64,000 bases of DNA from Campylobacterales bacterium (GTDB lineage: Bacteria; Campylobacterota; Campylobacteria; Campylobacterales; Hydrogenimonadaceae): positions 8,000 through 71,999 of the forward strand of contig JALWMA010000147.1 in the NCBI GenBank assembly GCA_027081015.1, given 5' to 3'. The notes under the pieces were generated by a model that was given only the letters and a program-made list of their open reading frames with translations, made no database searches and was not told the DNA's origin. This document shows, one piece after another, positions 1-9,228 of the stretch. Positions within the stretch are counted from its first letter, which is position 1. The number at the start of each line of letters is the position of its first letter. The position numbers and the translations under genes are program-made.

Positions 1-91
1 CATTGTCGGGGATGATGATTCCCGATGCTGTCTGTTGCGGCTCATCAACTCGTTCTACCAAAACCCTGTTGGCAAGTGGTTGGAAACTCAT
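1..91 (-). CDS. groES: Co-chaperonin GroES, 5' part (continues off the left edge)
   Basis: Not in the ORF track. Minus strand from ATG at 91 reads [30 protein letters not shown], the typical GroES N-terminus and mobile loop; AAGGAG RBS upstream. Confidence 0.95.
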   Translation of the reverse strand, partial: MSFQPLANRVLVERVDEPQQTASGIIIPDN

Positions 92-115
92 TGACTCTCC
101 TTTCATTCTTGAGAT

Positions 116-142
116 TTAGCAGTTACTTTTTACAAGTGCTGA
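116..142. promoter_or_regulatory. CIRCE-like operator (HrcA site)
   Basis: TTAGCAGTT-N9-AAGTGCTGA, 14/18 match to TTAGCACTC-N9-GAGTGCTAA, lying between the -10 box and groES. Confidence 0.8.
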
Positions 143-143
143 A

Positions 144-172
144 ATTTTATCCCATTTTTTTTTCATTGTCAA
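144..172 (-). promoter_or_regulatory. sigma70 promoter of groES(L)
   Basis: Minus strand TTGACA (172-167), 17-bp spacer, TAAAAT (149-144). Confidence 0.85.
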
Positions 173-210
173 GAGATTTTCCACTTATCTTAGTCTATTT
201 ATATCATAAT

Positions 211-231
211 ATTGAGTCAGAATGACTCATA
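211..231. promoter_or_regulatory. HAIR-like operator (HspR site)
   Basis: ATTGAGT-N7-ACTCATA versus the HAIR consensus CTTGAGT-N7-ACTCAAG; contains the perfect inverted repeat TGAGTCA-N3-TGACTCA; upstream of groES. Confidence 0.7.
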
Positions 232-309
232 TATCGACTCGTGTTTGAATTTTTTCCCGTAACTTTTTTGTGCTACAATAATAAAAATTATGACGGAAGG
301 ATATAGGTA

Positions 310-1809
310 ATGAAATATCTGTTGAGTGCCATAGCGATTTTGGTCCTGCTTCTGGCTCTTCTCTACGGAGCTCTTTTCACCGCACCAGGCAACGGGCTGC
401 TGAAGCCAGTGATTGAATCGAAAATAGCGGCTAAAGTCCCTCTACCGACCAAACTGCAGAGATTCGTACTTCGGCCGGACCGTTTCGACATTCTGCTTAA
501 AATCGGCGAAGACACGACGATAGAGGCGAAGGGCTCTATGGACCTCTTCTCACAATATATCGACGCTTCATACAGTGTAGATATAAAAGAGCTATCCAAT
601 CTCGAGAAACTGATAGGTACGAGACTCAACGGTCCTTTCAGAACAAGCGGGAGCGTAAAAGGCGACAGGTCCGAGCTCAAGATCTCGGGTAACAGCGACG
701 TTTCCGGAAGCGAAACAGTCTATGCCGTAGACCTGAAAGAGTTCGAACCGGGTAATCTCACGGCGAAAGTTGCACATCTGCAGATCGACAGGCTTCTTCA
801 TATGCTGAACATACCTCCCTATGCAAAGGGAAGAGTCGATATAGACGCAAAGATCGCAAACCTCGATATGGAGCATCTCGACGGAACTGTGGTCACCGAG
901 ATCAGGGAGGGGGTTGTCAATCCGCAGCCGGTGAAGAGCGACTTCAACATATCGGTACCCTCGGACCTCACATTCAAAGGCGACGTCAATACACGTCTCA
1001 AAGGGAGCAAAGCGGTATCGAAAGTCGACATCATATCATCCATCGCCACCCTATCCTCGAAAGCTCTGACCTACGATATCAAAAAGGGTGCCCTGACGAC
1101 GGACTACCAAACCGAAATCGCCGACCTCGACAAACTATTCTTCCTGACCAAACAGCATATGAAGGGCTCTATTACGGTTACCGGTGATGTGGAGACCTCA
1201 AAAGAGAAGGTCCGCGCCACCGCACACTCCGATACCCTCGGAGGAGCGCTCGACGCACTCTTCGAGAACGGCATAGCAGAAGTGAATATAAAAAATATCC
1301 AGACCGTAGCCCTTACCGATATGCTGCTATATCCGCACATATTCGACTCCCGTGCAAACGCACAGCTCAAATATGACACCATCAAGCAGCTCGGAACTCT
1401 CAACGCTCAACTTCTAAACGGTCAGATACTGCCCAACAAGATGAGCTTCATGCTGCAGCAGATGGCAAACTTCGATATTACAAAAGAGGTCTACGAGCGG
1501 ACTACGATCGATACCAAAATCATCAAAAAGAGGCTCATCTCCGATCTCTACATGAAGAGCCGGCTCACCGAGATCAGCTCTAAAAACGGAGTGGTAGACC
1601 TCGATAAACAGACCATCGACACCACGCTCGACATAAAGATAAGAAAAAATATGCTGCCTGTAGTCATAAAAGGCCCCCTGACATCCCCCAAAATAAAGAT
1701 CGAAGCGAAAGAGCTGCTGAAATCGAAAGCGAAAGAGGAGCTGGAGAAACGCCTGCCCAAAAATCTCAAAGAGAGCCCCGCAGGAGAACTTCTAAAAGGT
1801 CTCTTCTGA
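310..1809 (+). CDS. AsmA/TamB-like envelope protein (N-terminal TM anchor, repeated beta-rich segments, AsmA-like C-terminus)
   Basis: 499-aa ORF with an N-terminal hydrophobic helix and the C-terminal 'LPVVIKGPLTSPKIKI' pattern typical of AsmA-like proteins. Confidence 0.6.
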   Translation: MKYLLSAIAILVLLLALLYGALFTAPGNGLLKPVIESKIAAKVPLPTKLQRFVLRPDRFDILLKIGEDTTIEAKGSMDLFSQYIDASYSVDIKELSNLEKLIGTRLNGPFRTSGSVKGDRSELKISGNSDVSGSETVYAVDLKEFEPGNLTAKVAHLQIDRLLHMLNIPPYAKGRVDIDAKIANLDMEHLDGTVVTEIREGVVNPQPVKSDFNISVPSDLTFKGDVNTRLKGSKAVSKVDIISSIATLSSKALTYDIKKGALTTDYQTEIADLDKLFFLTKQHMKGSITVTGDVETSKEKVRATAHSDTLGGALDALFENGIAEVNIKNIQTVALTDMLLYPHIFDSRANAQLKYDTIKQLGTLNAQLLNGQILPNKMSFMLQQMANFDITKEVYERTTIDTKIIKKRLISDLYMKSRLTEISSKNGVVDLDKQTIDTTLDIKIRKNMLPVVIKGPLTSPKIKIEAKELLKSKAKEELEKRLPKNLKESPAGELLKGLF

Positions 1810-1825
1810 TCTTCGGCACAAAGCC

Positions 1826-1859
1826 TCTCTCTGCCGCAAAACGTGGTGCGGCAGAGAGA
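1826..1859. terminator. Perfect 13-bp stem hairpin after the AsmA-like gene (terminator or REP-like)
   Basis: TCTCTCTGCCGCA-N8-TGCGGCAGAGAGA; no classical U-tract on the + strand. Confidence 0.5.
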
Positions 1860-1865
1860 AAAATC

Positions 1866-1894
1866 TTGACATAGAGAATCTTTTAGGCTAAAAT
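1866..1894 (+). promoter_or_regulatory. sigma70 promoter of tRNA-Met
   Basis: TTGACA-17 bp-TAAAAT followed by a GC-rich discriminator (ACCGCTCC). Confidence 0.85.
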
Positions 1895-1919
1895 ACCGCT
1901 CCACAAACCACTTATAGGT

Positions 1920-1996
1920 GGCTGGGTAGCTCAGCTGGTTAGAGCGCTGGTCTCATAAGCCGGAGGTCGGGAGTTCAAGTCTCCCCCCCGCCACCA
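1920..1996 (+). tRNA. tRNA-Met (CAT), elongator type
   Basis: Cloverleaf: acceptor GGCTGGG/CCCCGCC (T4-C69 mismatch), D arm GCTC/GAGC, anticodon loop CTCATAA, T arm GGGAG-TTCAAGT-CTCCC, A73, encoded CCA. The GGCT start resembles elongator Met; Ile2 is not fully excluded. Confidence 0.9.
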
Positions 1997-2018
1997 TTTT
2001 CAAACCGATCTTTCCCGC

Positions 2019-2059
2019 TTGAAAAATCTATTTTTCTCCGCTTATCTTTTGAATTGGCG
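2019..2059 (+). repeat. tRNA-proximal conserved motif, copy 1 (TTGAAAA-N6-TTTTC ... TTATCTTTTGAATTGGCG)
   Basis: The 18-mer at 2042-2059 is identical to 51268-51285. Confidence 0.8.
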
Positions 2060-2078
2060 TCCTATACCGTAACAAATT

Positions 2079-3338
2079 TCAGTACCGAATAAAGCCGCCC
2101 ATCGCCACGTACGTTCCCGGTAGGTGTATAGATTTCGAAATCCAGAGATAGTCGAGATCGAGAGAGTAGAACTTAGCCTCGCAGTTGGCACAGCTATAGA
2201 AGAACCTACCGCTCTCGTCTATATGGCTGGTATGGGCCTGTGCGTTCTTGCCAGCAGCCCACTCCTCCGCCGTAAGGGGCCTGGCCACATCCACATTCGA
2301 GATGACCTTCGGATTCTGTGGATTGGAGAGATCTACCACGGTCACGTATGTAGCTTTATGGTTGGTAACGACTGCCAATCTTTTGGGAATAGAGAAGGTT
2401 ATGTGGCCAGCACCGAGACCCGCTTCGAAGCTTGCAACCGCACTCATGCTGTTTCTGTCCACTACGTAAACTTTTCCGCTATAGGTTGGGAAAAATATAT
2501 ATTTGTCACCGTAGAATCGCGCATGGTGCGCACCTCCGTCCTCGTGGGCGGCATGGAAGATCGTATCTACCGCAATCGTGTCTGAAGAGTCGATCGTGAA
2601 CTTCATGATCCCTGCGGCCGGAATGGAGCTGTTTTTCGGGTCTGTAGGCCCCTCAAGAACCATATAGTAGGTCCCGTTTCCGGACGCGTCGACTTCGGAA
2701 GCGATATTGAAGACATGGTGTGCGGTCGTTTCGGTATCTATCTGGGCAAGAGGAGTCTCGCTCTCTTTGGTATAGAGAATCAGCTTTCTGTTTACCCTGT
2801 CGAGCATAAGAAACCGTTTTCCGTCTGCAAGCCAGAATGGGTGGCCGGTGGCGTTACCGCCGCCGAAGTAGTTTGCGCTGTCTACAGGATGTACGGATGT
2901 ATCCACATCTTCACCGAAGTATCTCTTGACCTCATGGTCTGTCTTGCCGATCGTTACCGACATCGGCTTGGTCTTTCCCGAAACCAATACAAGGTCGAGA
3001 TTGTCAAGCGTAGCGGTAGATCTGGGGTGGAATTTGAGGGGAATCACCTCCTCCACCCTGTTGCTTCTGAAGTTGACGACGGCTATCGAATCGCTCCTGC
3101 GCGTCAATGCGAACGCTTCGGTATCGGTCTCTATATCTACCCCGTAAGGTCCCAGGGCCGGAGACACGTTCACAACCGCATCGAGGCTCATTCTGTCGAC
3201 ATCTATATTGAAGACTTTCGACGACTCGTAATCCCCGTACAGCGCATGTGTTTGAACTGTTGTGGTTTTATCACTGTTACATCCGCTAAACCCTAATAAT
3301 ACTGCTGAAAGCAGAACTGCCACGGCACGGTTTCTCAT
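2079..3338 (-). CDS. His-rich YVTN/YncE-like beta-propeller lipoprotein
   Basis: Lipobox FSG-C; repeated blade motifs; ATG at 3338 preferred over GTG at 3350 because of an AGGTGG RBS. Confidence 0.7.
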   Translation of the reverse strand: MRNRAVAVLLSAVLLGFSGCNSDKTTTVQTHALYGDYESSKVFNIDVDRMSLDAVVNVSPALGPYGVDIETDTEAFALTRRSDSIAVVNFRSNRVEEVIPLKFHPRSTATLDNLDLVLVSGKTKPMSVTIGKTDHEVKRYFGEDVDTSVHPVDSANYFGGGNATGHPFWLADGKRFLMLDRVNRKLILYTKESETPLAQIDTETTAHHVFNIASEVDASGNGTYYMVLEGPTDPKNSSIPAAGIMKFTIDSSDTIAVDTIFHAAHEDGGAHHARFYGDKYIFFPTYSGKVYVVDRNSMSAVASFEAGLGAGHITFSIPKRLAVVTNHKATYVTVVDLSNPQNPKVISNVDVARPLTAEEWAAGKNAQAHTSHIDESGRFFYSCANCEAKFYSLDLDYLWISKSIHLPGTYVAMGGFIRY

Positions 3339-3453
3339 GATATTATCCACCTTTTAAAACTACTATTGAGCTTAAACTGTTTAATTATATCATAAATTAC
3401 AGCAAAAATACTATTTTTATGTATAGTGATTAACAGAGGGAGAACGGATAGGC

Positions 3454-4221
3454 TCAATCGAGGCCGAAAAAGAGTGTGCCCCCCTCGTGGCGTCCCTCTA
3501 TCAGGTAGGCGTAGGCATCTTTGAGGTCGAAACCGCTCGCAAGAAACATCTTTCTCCCCCGCTTCAGCAGAAAGTGTGCGGCCTTCAGTTTCGTGACTAT
3601 CCCCCCGGTCGCGAACGAAGCGTTCGGCGTACACTCGGCGGAGAGCTCGCTCTCGGGAATCTCGTGTACCACCTTTAGCGGTTTGGCATCCTCATGTCGA
3701 TTCGGGTCTTTGTCGTAATAGCAGTCTATATCGGAGAGAATGACGAGAAGCTCCGCATCGAAGTAGTACGCCACATGGGCCGAGAGCTGGTCGTTGTCGC
3801 CGAATACAAGCTCTTCCGTAGCGGTAACGTCGTTTTCGTTTATGATAGGCACTACACCCTGCCCAAGCAGCGTCTCTACGGCGCACTTCGCGTGGTAGGT
3901 TCTTTTTCTCGAGTCGAAATCGTCAGCCGTCAGAAGGATCTGTGAAACGGTAATATCGTGCCTGGCGAACTTCTTCTGGTACATCGCTATCAGCTTGGGC
4001 TGGCCTATCGATGCGAGGGCCTGCCTGTTTGCCACTACCCTCTTGTCGAGGCGGCAGACGGTATATCCGGCGGCAACCGCGCCGGAGCTTACCAAAATCA
4101 CCTCGACACCCCTCTTTTTAACATCGGCTATCAGATCTACAAGGGCGGCCATACGCTCCTTCGCTACCCTGTTTTGCTCCGTAAGGACGGCACTGCCTAC
4201 TTTTATGACGATCCGCCTCAA
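3454..4221 (-). CDS. proB: Glutamate 5-kinase (no PUA domain)
   Basis: [33 protein letters not shown] and [11 protein letters not shown] motifs; TTG start overlapping the obgE stop. Confidence 0.95.
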   Translation of the reverse strand: MRRIVIKVGSAVLTEQNRVAKERMAALVDLIADVKKRGVEVILVSSGAVAAGYTVCRLDKRVVANRQALASIGQPKLIAMYQKKFARHDITVSQILLTADDFDSRKRTYHAKCAVETLLGQGVVPIINENDVTATEELVFGDNDQLSAHVAYYFDAELLVILSDIDCYYDKDPNRHEDAKPLKVVHEIPESELSAECTPNASFATGGIVTKLKAAHFLLKRGRKMFLASGFDLKDAYAYLIEGRHEGGTLFFGLD

Positions 4222-5294
4222 GACTCTTTTCCCATAACGTCACTCAGTGCAAAAACGAGTGCTTTCATATTTACTCCCGCTATGGATGATATGGCCATTA
4301 CGAACAGAGGCCCTTCTCTATCCCCGGCAGCGTATCCGATATATCTCTCATCACTGCCGTAAGCTTTGAGGCCTCCGTTTTTCTCCAACCCCAAAGATTC
4401 AAGCAACCGCTCCATCTTCTCGTTCACCTCATCCTCCGGCAGCGCGTCTATCCGTGTCAGCGCCACGGCGAACGGTCGCTTGGCAAGCCTGTCGCTGTAG
4501 CGCTCGAGTTCGCGTTTGAGCGCTTCGTACTGGTGTCCTACTTCGCGATAGTTCGCCGCATCGATCATGAGCAGAAGCGTCTTTGTACGCTCGATATGTT
4601 TCAAGAACTCGATCCCGAGCCCCCTGCCGTCGCTGGCACCTTCGATGATTCCCGGAATATCGGCCATGACGAACGACCTAAACTCGTCTACCGCAACGAC
4701 ACCGAGCTTCGGGGTGAGAGTGGTGAACTCGTAGTTCGCGACCTCGGGGTGCGCGTTCGAGATTTTCGAAATGAGCGTCGACTTCCCTACATTCGGAAAA
4801 CCCACAAGCCCTACGTCGGCTATCAGTTTGAGTTCGAGCCGCACCTCTCTCTCCTCCCCCGGTTTGCCGGGCTGGGAGTATGTAGGGCGCTGATTCGTCG
4901 AAGACTTGAAGTGGACGTTTCCGAGTCCGCCTTTTCCCCCCTGCAGAAACTTCACCTTCTGCCCGTCCTGCGTCAGGTCGAGCAGCACCTCGCCGCTCGT
5001 TTTGTCTATAACCTGCGTTCCCGGAGGGACCTTGACATACAGAGACTCCCCGGTCTTTCCGGCACACTTTCTGGGCTGGCCGGGCCTGCCGTTTTGCGCC
5101 TTCAGGTGCGTTTTACCCTTGAAGTGCGAGAGTGTGTCGGTATTTTTGTCCACGACGAACCAGACATCCCCGCCGCGCCCTCCGTCGCCGCCGTCGGGTC
5201 CCCCTTTGGGCACAAACTTTTCACGGCGAAACGACGAGCAGCCCTGCCCGCCTTTACCGGAACTGAGCTTCAGTTCAACACTGTCTACAAACAT
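4218..5294 (-). CDS. obgE: GTPase ObgE/CgtA
   Basis: Gly-rich Obg domain, [15 protein letters not shown] and DIPG motifs. Confidence 0.98.
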   Translation of the reverse strand: MFVDSVELKLSSGKGGQGCSSFRREKFVPKGGPDGGDGGRGGDVWFVVDKNTDTLSHFKGKTHLKAQNGRPGQPRKCAGKTGESLYVKVPPGTQVIDKTSGEVLLDLTQDGQKVKFLQGGKGGLGNVHFKSSTNQRPTYSQPGKPGEEREVRLELKLIADVGLVGFPNVGKSTLISKISNAHPEVANYEFTTLTPKLGVVAVDEFRSFVMADIPGIIEGASDGRGLGIEFLKHIERTKTLLLMIDAANYREVGHQYEALKRELERYSDRLAKRPFAVALTRIDALPEDEVNEKMERLLESLGLEKNGGLKAYGSDERYIGYAAGDREGPLFVMAISSIAGVNMKALVFALSDVMGKES

Positions 5295-5396
5295 ATATTG
5301 TCGCCTCGATTTTTTGGTTTAAAATATCAGAATTTAAGGAAAATGTCAAAAAAGACGGAGTAGGATGTGCGGTGCTTCAAGCACCGCAAAGTTGAA

Positions 5397-5651
5397 TTAT
5401 GCGGGGTAGACGGAGACCTTTTTTCTCTTTTTGTCTTTTCTCTCATATTTGACGACGCCGTCTATAAGAGCGAAAAGCGTATGATCCTTACCCATCCCCA
5501 CGTTGTTGCCCGGGTGGATCTTGGTACCGCGCTGGCGATAGATGATGTTACCGGCGACTACCGCCTCTCCGCCTATCTTCTTAACGCCCAGTCTTCGTCC
5601 CGCTGAGTCGCGGTTGTTCTGGGTAGATCCCTGACCTTTCTTGTGAGCCAT
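5397..5651 (-). CDS. rpmA: 50S ribosomal protein L27
   Basis: [24 protein letters not shown] signature. Confidence 0.99.
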   Translation of the reverse strand: MAHKKGQGSTQNNRDSAGRRLGVKKIGGEAVVAGNIIYRQRGTKIHPGNNVGMGKDHTLFALIDGVVKYERKDKKRKKVSVYPA

Positions 5652-5702
5652 AACTTCTCCTTAAAACTTCTAAATCTTGAAAGCCTCCCGAAGGGGCTTG
5701 TA

Positions 5703-6011
5703 CTACGCGATTTTGGTGATGCGCACTCTTGTGAAATCTCTGCGGAAGCCGCGCTTGAGCTTACTGTCTTTACGACGTCGTTTCTTGAAGATGACGATCT
5801 TTTTCTCACGACCCTCGTTGATCACTTCCGCTTCGACTACAGCGCCGTCGACAAAGGGTGTACCCACCTTCAGGTCACCGTCGTTCTCGACAGCCAGTAC
5901 CTCTTTGATCTCGACTTTGGCTTTCGGCTCAAGGCCCATGTGATCGAGGCAGAGAATGTCGCCTTCGTTGACCTTGTACTGTTTGCCGCCATGCTTGATA
6001 ATTGCTGTCAT
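5703..6011 (-). CDS. rplU: 50S ribosomal protein L21
   Basis: [12 protein letters not shown] ... KRGFRRDFT; canonical rplU-rpmA-obgE-proB order. Confidence 0.98.
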   Translation of the reverse strand: MTAIIKHGGKQYKVNEGDILCLDHMGLEPKAKVEIKEVLAVENDGDLKVGTPFVDGAVVEAEVINEGREKKIVIFKKRRRKDSKLKRGFRRDFTRVRITKIA

Positions 6012-6099
6012 GCCGTGTCCTTTTGAATTCGTGAAACGATTTTAGTGGCGAATTATATCCACACTATATTTAAGAATAGTTTAATGCGCCCCTTTATCA

Positions 6100-6492
6100 T
6101 CATCCCGGAATCTGCATATCCGCCAGAGCGATACACTCTATCTCTACGAGGGCGTTTTTTGGCAGAGTTTTCACAGCGACCGTACTGCGTGCCGGCCTAT
6201 GGTCGCCGAACCACTCCCCGTAGACTTCGTTGACGGCCGCAAAATCATCCATATCGGCCAGAAATATGGTGGTCTTTATAACGTTTTGCAGGGAGCTTCC
6301 GGCCGCTTCGAGAACCTCTTTTAGATTCCTCATCACCTGTCCGGTCTGAAGCCTGATATCGTTTTGAACCATCACTCCCTCCGGCGTCAGGGCGATCTGG
6401 CCGGAAGTGTAGATGAAATCACCGACCTTAACGGCCTGCGAGTAGGGGCCTATCGCCTGCGGGGCGGAATCGGTACTGACACTCTTGATCAT
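6100..6492 (-). CDS. ridA: RidA/YjgF family enamine deaminase
   Basis: [24 protein letters not shown] and VEIECIA motifs. Confidence 0.93.
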   Translation of the reverse strand: MIKSVSTDSAPQAIGPYSQAVKVGDFIYTSGQIALTPEGVMVQNDIRLQTGQVMRNLKEVLEAAGSSLQNVIKTTIFLADMDDFAAVNEVYGEWFGDHRPARSTVAVKTLPKNALVEIECIALADMQIPG

Positions 6493-6585
6493 TTTGGAGA
6501 CCTCTCTTTTTTTTGGGATTATTATACATTAAGAGAGCGGGTACTATGATTAAAGAAGGAGCCCGAAGTTCCGAAAGGAGAAAAG

Positions 6586-7776
6586 GTGAAAATTGAAGAT
6601 GAGCTGAAAAGGGAGATCGACTCTATTTTCGAGAGAGTCGTACAGATACGGCACGACCTGCACCAAAACCCGGAGCTGTCGGGAGAGGAGGAGGAGACTC
6701 GCCTGCTTATCAGGTCGATCCTCGAAGCGGAGGGGATACCTTTCAAAACCTTCGAGGGCCACTACGGGATCGTTGCCGACATCGTAAAAGACCCTTCGCT
6801 TCCCACGGTGGCGATCAGGGGTGATATGGACGCGCTTCCGATGCCCGAAAACAGCCCTAAACCATACGCCTCCAAAAAAGAGGGGATCATGCACGCCTGC
6901 GGCCACGATGCGCATACCGCCATCGCTCTCGGGTGCGCCCTGGCGCTCAACAGGGTAAAAGAGCGGCTTCCCGGCAATGTGCGCATCATCTTCCAGCCTT
7001 CGGAAGAGGTTCTTGCCGGAGGCAGCAGCCAGATGATAGAGGGAGGGGCTCTCGACGGCGTTTCGGCGATATTCGGCCTGCACGTATATCCATACCTGAA
7101 AACCGGGCAGATCGGCTACAAATACGGTGTAATGATGGCATCCGCAGACACCTTCAGCTTCGACATATACGGCAAGACGGCTCATGGAGCAAGACCGCAC
7201 GAAGGTATAGACGCGGTACTCGTAACGGCTATGGTGATAGACTCTTTGAACCATATAGTGAGCCGCAGGATAGACCCGATCCATCCGGCCGTAATCTCGA
7301 TGGGAAAGATCGAGGGGGGTAAGGCTCCAAACGTCATATGCGACTTCGTCACGGTCTCAGGAACGGTCAGAACCGTCAACGAATCGGTACGCAAAAAGAT
7401 TCCCGAGATGATGGAGACGACGATCAAGGGAATATGCGAAGCGATGGATGCGAAATACCACTTCAACTACCTCTTCGGACCGCCGGAGCTGAAAAACAAC
7501 GACGAGATGGTAGATATCGTGAAGGAGGCCGCAGAAGAGGTGGTGGGCAAAGAGGGGCTGGTGGATCTTGTGGACCCGGTAATGGGAGGAGAGGACTTCT
7601 CCCGCTACCTGCAGGTGGTTCCCGGGGCATTCTTCAGGCTCGGCATATGCAACGAAGAGAAGGGGACATGCATACCCCAGCACAACACCCGCTTCGACGT
7701 CGACGACGACTCGCTGGCTATAGGTATGAAAATCCTGGCCCTAAGTGCGCTAAAAAGGCTCGAAAAGGGAAGGTAG
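6586..7776 (+). CDS. M20D family amidohydrolase
   Basis: HQNPELS, RGDMDALP, MHACGHD, FQPSEE, GGEDFS and QHNTRF motifs; GTG start with AGGAG RBS. Confidence 0.92.
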   Translation: MKIEDELKREIDSIFERVVQIRHDLHQNPELSGEEEETRLLIRSILEAEGIPFKTFEGHYGIVADIVKDPSLPTVAIRGDMDALPMPENSPKPYASKKEGIMHACGHDAHTAIALGCALALNRVKERLPGNVRIIFQPSEEVLAGGSSQMIEGGALDGVSAIFGLHVYPYLKTGQIGYKYGVMMASADTFSFDIYGKTAHGARPHEGIDAVLVTAMVIDSLNHIVSRRIDPIHPAVISMGKIEGGKAPNVICDFVTVSGTVRTVNESVRKKIPEMMETTIKGICEAMDAKYHFNYLFGPPELKNNDEMVDIVKEAAEEVVGKEGLVDLVDPVMGGEDFSRYLQVVPGAFFRLGICNEEKGTCIPQHNTRFDVDDDSLAIGMKILALSALKRLEKGR

Positions 7777-7782
7777 AGGAGA

Positions 7783-9228
7783 ATGAAAAATACGGTTTCA
7801 CTCACCATTCCCAATGAGAAGAGATACATTCCGCTCTGCATAGAGACGATAAAAAACGCCCTTTCGCTGGCGAAGATCGACAGGAGTGACTCCGTAAAAA
7901 TCGTGGCCGCCGCGCGCGAACTGCTCTTTAACGCCGCAAAGCACGCATACCCGGCGAATATAAGCGGCACGATAGATATCGATATCCGCTTCCTTCCGCA
8001 CGGAATAAAGATAAGTGTTCACGATATGGGTCTGCCGTTCGACTTCGACGGCTACATGAGGTCCGGCAGGGAGGGCGGACTCAAGCGGGTCGGGGAGTAT
8101 GTGGATGAACTCAGTTTTGCAAACCTCGGCAAAAAGGGGAAGGTATTCACGATATACAAAGCCCACCCGCTCGACTTTCCGGATCTTACGTTCAGACCCT
8201 ACTCCGACCTTGAAGACGAATCACCGGCATCTTTGAAACCGGCCTCCATACAGATACGCGACTTCGAAGATGGTGACGAAGAGGCGATAAGCAGACTCAT
8301 ATACAACAACTACACATACAGCTACTACAAATCTCTCTTCTACTACCCCAAAAAGATTGCACAGCTGAACGAAGAGGGCGAGATCGCCTCCGTTGTCGCC
8401 GAAACGAAAGAGGGGAAGATCGTAGGCCACTTCGCCCTTGTGCGTGTACCCGACTCCAACATCGCGGAAATAGGTGTCGCGGTCGTAGATCCGGACTACA
8501 AAGGAAAAGGGATCATGAACTCGATGCTCGGGCGGATAGAACAGCGGGCGAGGGAGATGCGGCTGGATGCGATATTCGGAGAGGCGCTGATGCTCCACCC
8601 CTTCAGCCAGAGGGCCAACCTGCGCCACGGATTCGGCGAAAGCGCTCTGCTTCTCGGAATAGTTCCCAATTCTGTCTCATTGACAGATCCCAATGCGGTT
8701 CGTACAAAAAAGAGGGCGGCCGTTCTGGTCGGATACAAAGTTTTGAGCGACAGAAGGGTCAGACGACTCTTCATACCGAAAATCTACAGCGGACTCATAG
8801 AACAGATATATAAAAACAGCGATCTGAAGATAGCTTTGCCGGAAGAGCACGACTGCAATGGAACGAGTCCGGTGAAGTACGAACTGAGCAGATATACCCA
8901 AACAGGGACGGTGGTTATTGACGAAATATGCGAAGATTTTCCACACACTCTCCGCCACAACCTGCACACGCTCTACAAAAAGCACGTAGATATGGTGTAT
9001 GCCGATATAAACATGATGCGGTGCCGCGGAATCGACAGGGCGGTGGATATTCTCAAAGAGGAGGGTTTCGTCTTCAGCGGAGTCCTCTTTTTCAGGAGGG
9101 GCGGGGAGGACTACCTAAGGCTTCAGATGCCCAACAGCGACAATGTCGAAACCGAACAGATAGTCTGCCACTCCGATTTCTGCAGCCGTCTGCTATCGTC
9201 TATCAACGAAGAGCTCGACTCTTTTTGA
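7783..9228 (+). CDS. Fusion of an RsbW-like HATPase domain and GNAT acetyltransferase domain(s)
   Basis: N-terminal ELLFNAAKHAY / VHDMGLPFD (N and G1 boxes); central VAVVDPDYKGKGIM acetyl-CoA motif. Confidence 0.75.
   Translation: MKNTVSLTIPNEKRYIPLCIETIKNALSLAKIDRSDSVKIVAAARELLFNAAKHAYPANISGTIDIDIRFLPHGIKISVHDMGLPFDFDGYMRSGREGGLKRVGEYVDELSFANLGKKGKVFTIYKAHPLDFPDLTFRPYSDLEDESPASLKPASIQIRDFEDGDEEAISRLIYNNYTYSYYKSLFYYPKKIAQLNEEGEIASVVAETKEGKIVGHFALVRVPDSNIAEIGVAVVDPDYKGKGIMNSMLGRIEQRAREMRLDAIFGEALMLHPFSQRANLRHGFGESALLLGIVPNSVSLTDPNAVRTKKRAAVLVGYKVLSDRRVRRLFIPKIYSGLIEQIYKNSDLKIALPEEHDCNGTSPVKYELSRYTQTGTVVIDEICEDFPHTLRHNLHTLYKKHVDMVYADINMMRCRGIDRAVDILKEEGFVFSGVLFFRRGGEDYLRLQMPNSDNVETEQIVCHSDFCSRLLSSINEELDSF

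Noticed and set aside
2036-2045. Complementarity of the tRNA-Met trailer (CTCCGCTTAT) to its anticodon arm
   Set aside because: A short, gapped match that is easily explained by chance.
3404-3418. AAAAATACTATTTTT as a partner site closing the tRNA-Met cassette
   Set aside because: It is similar to the proximal AAAAATCTATTTTT but lies in AT-rich promoter DNA and lacks the GAAAA/TTTTC arms and the 18-mer; too weak to call.
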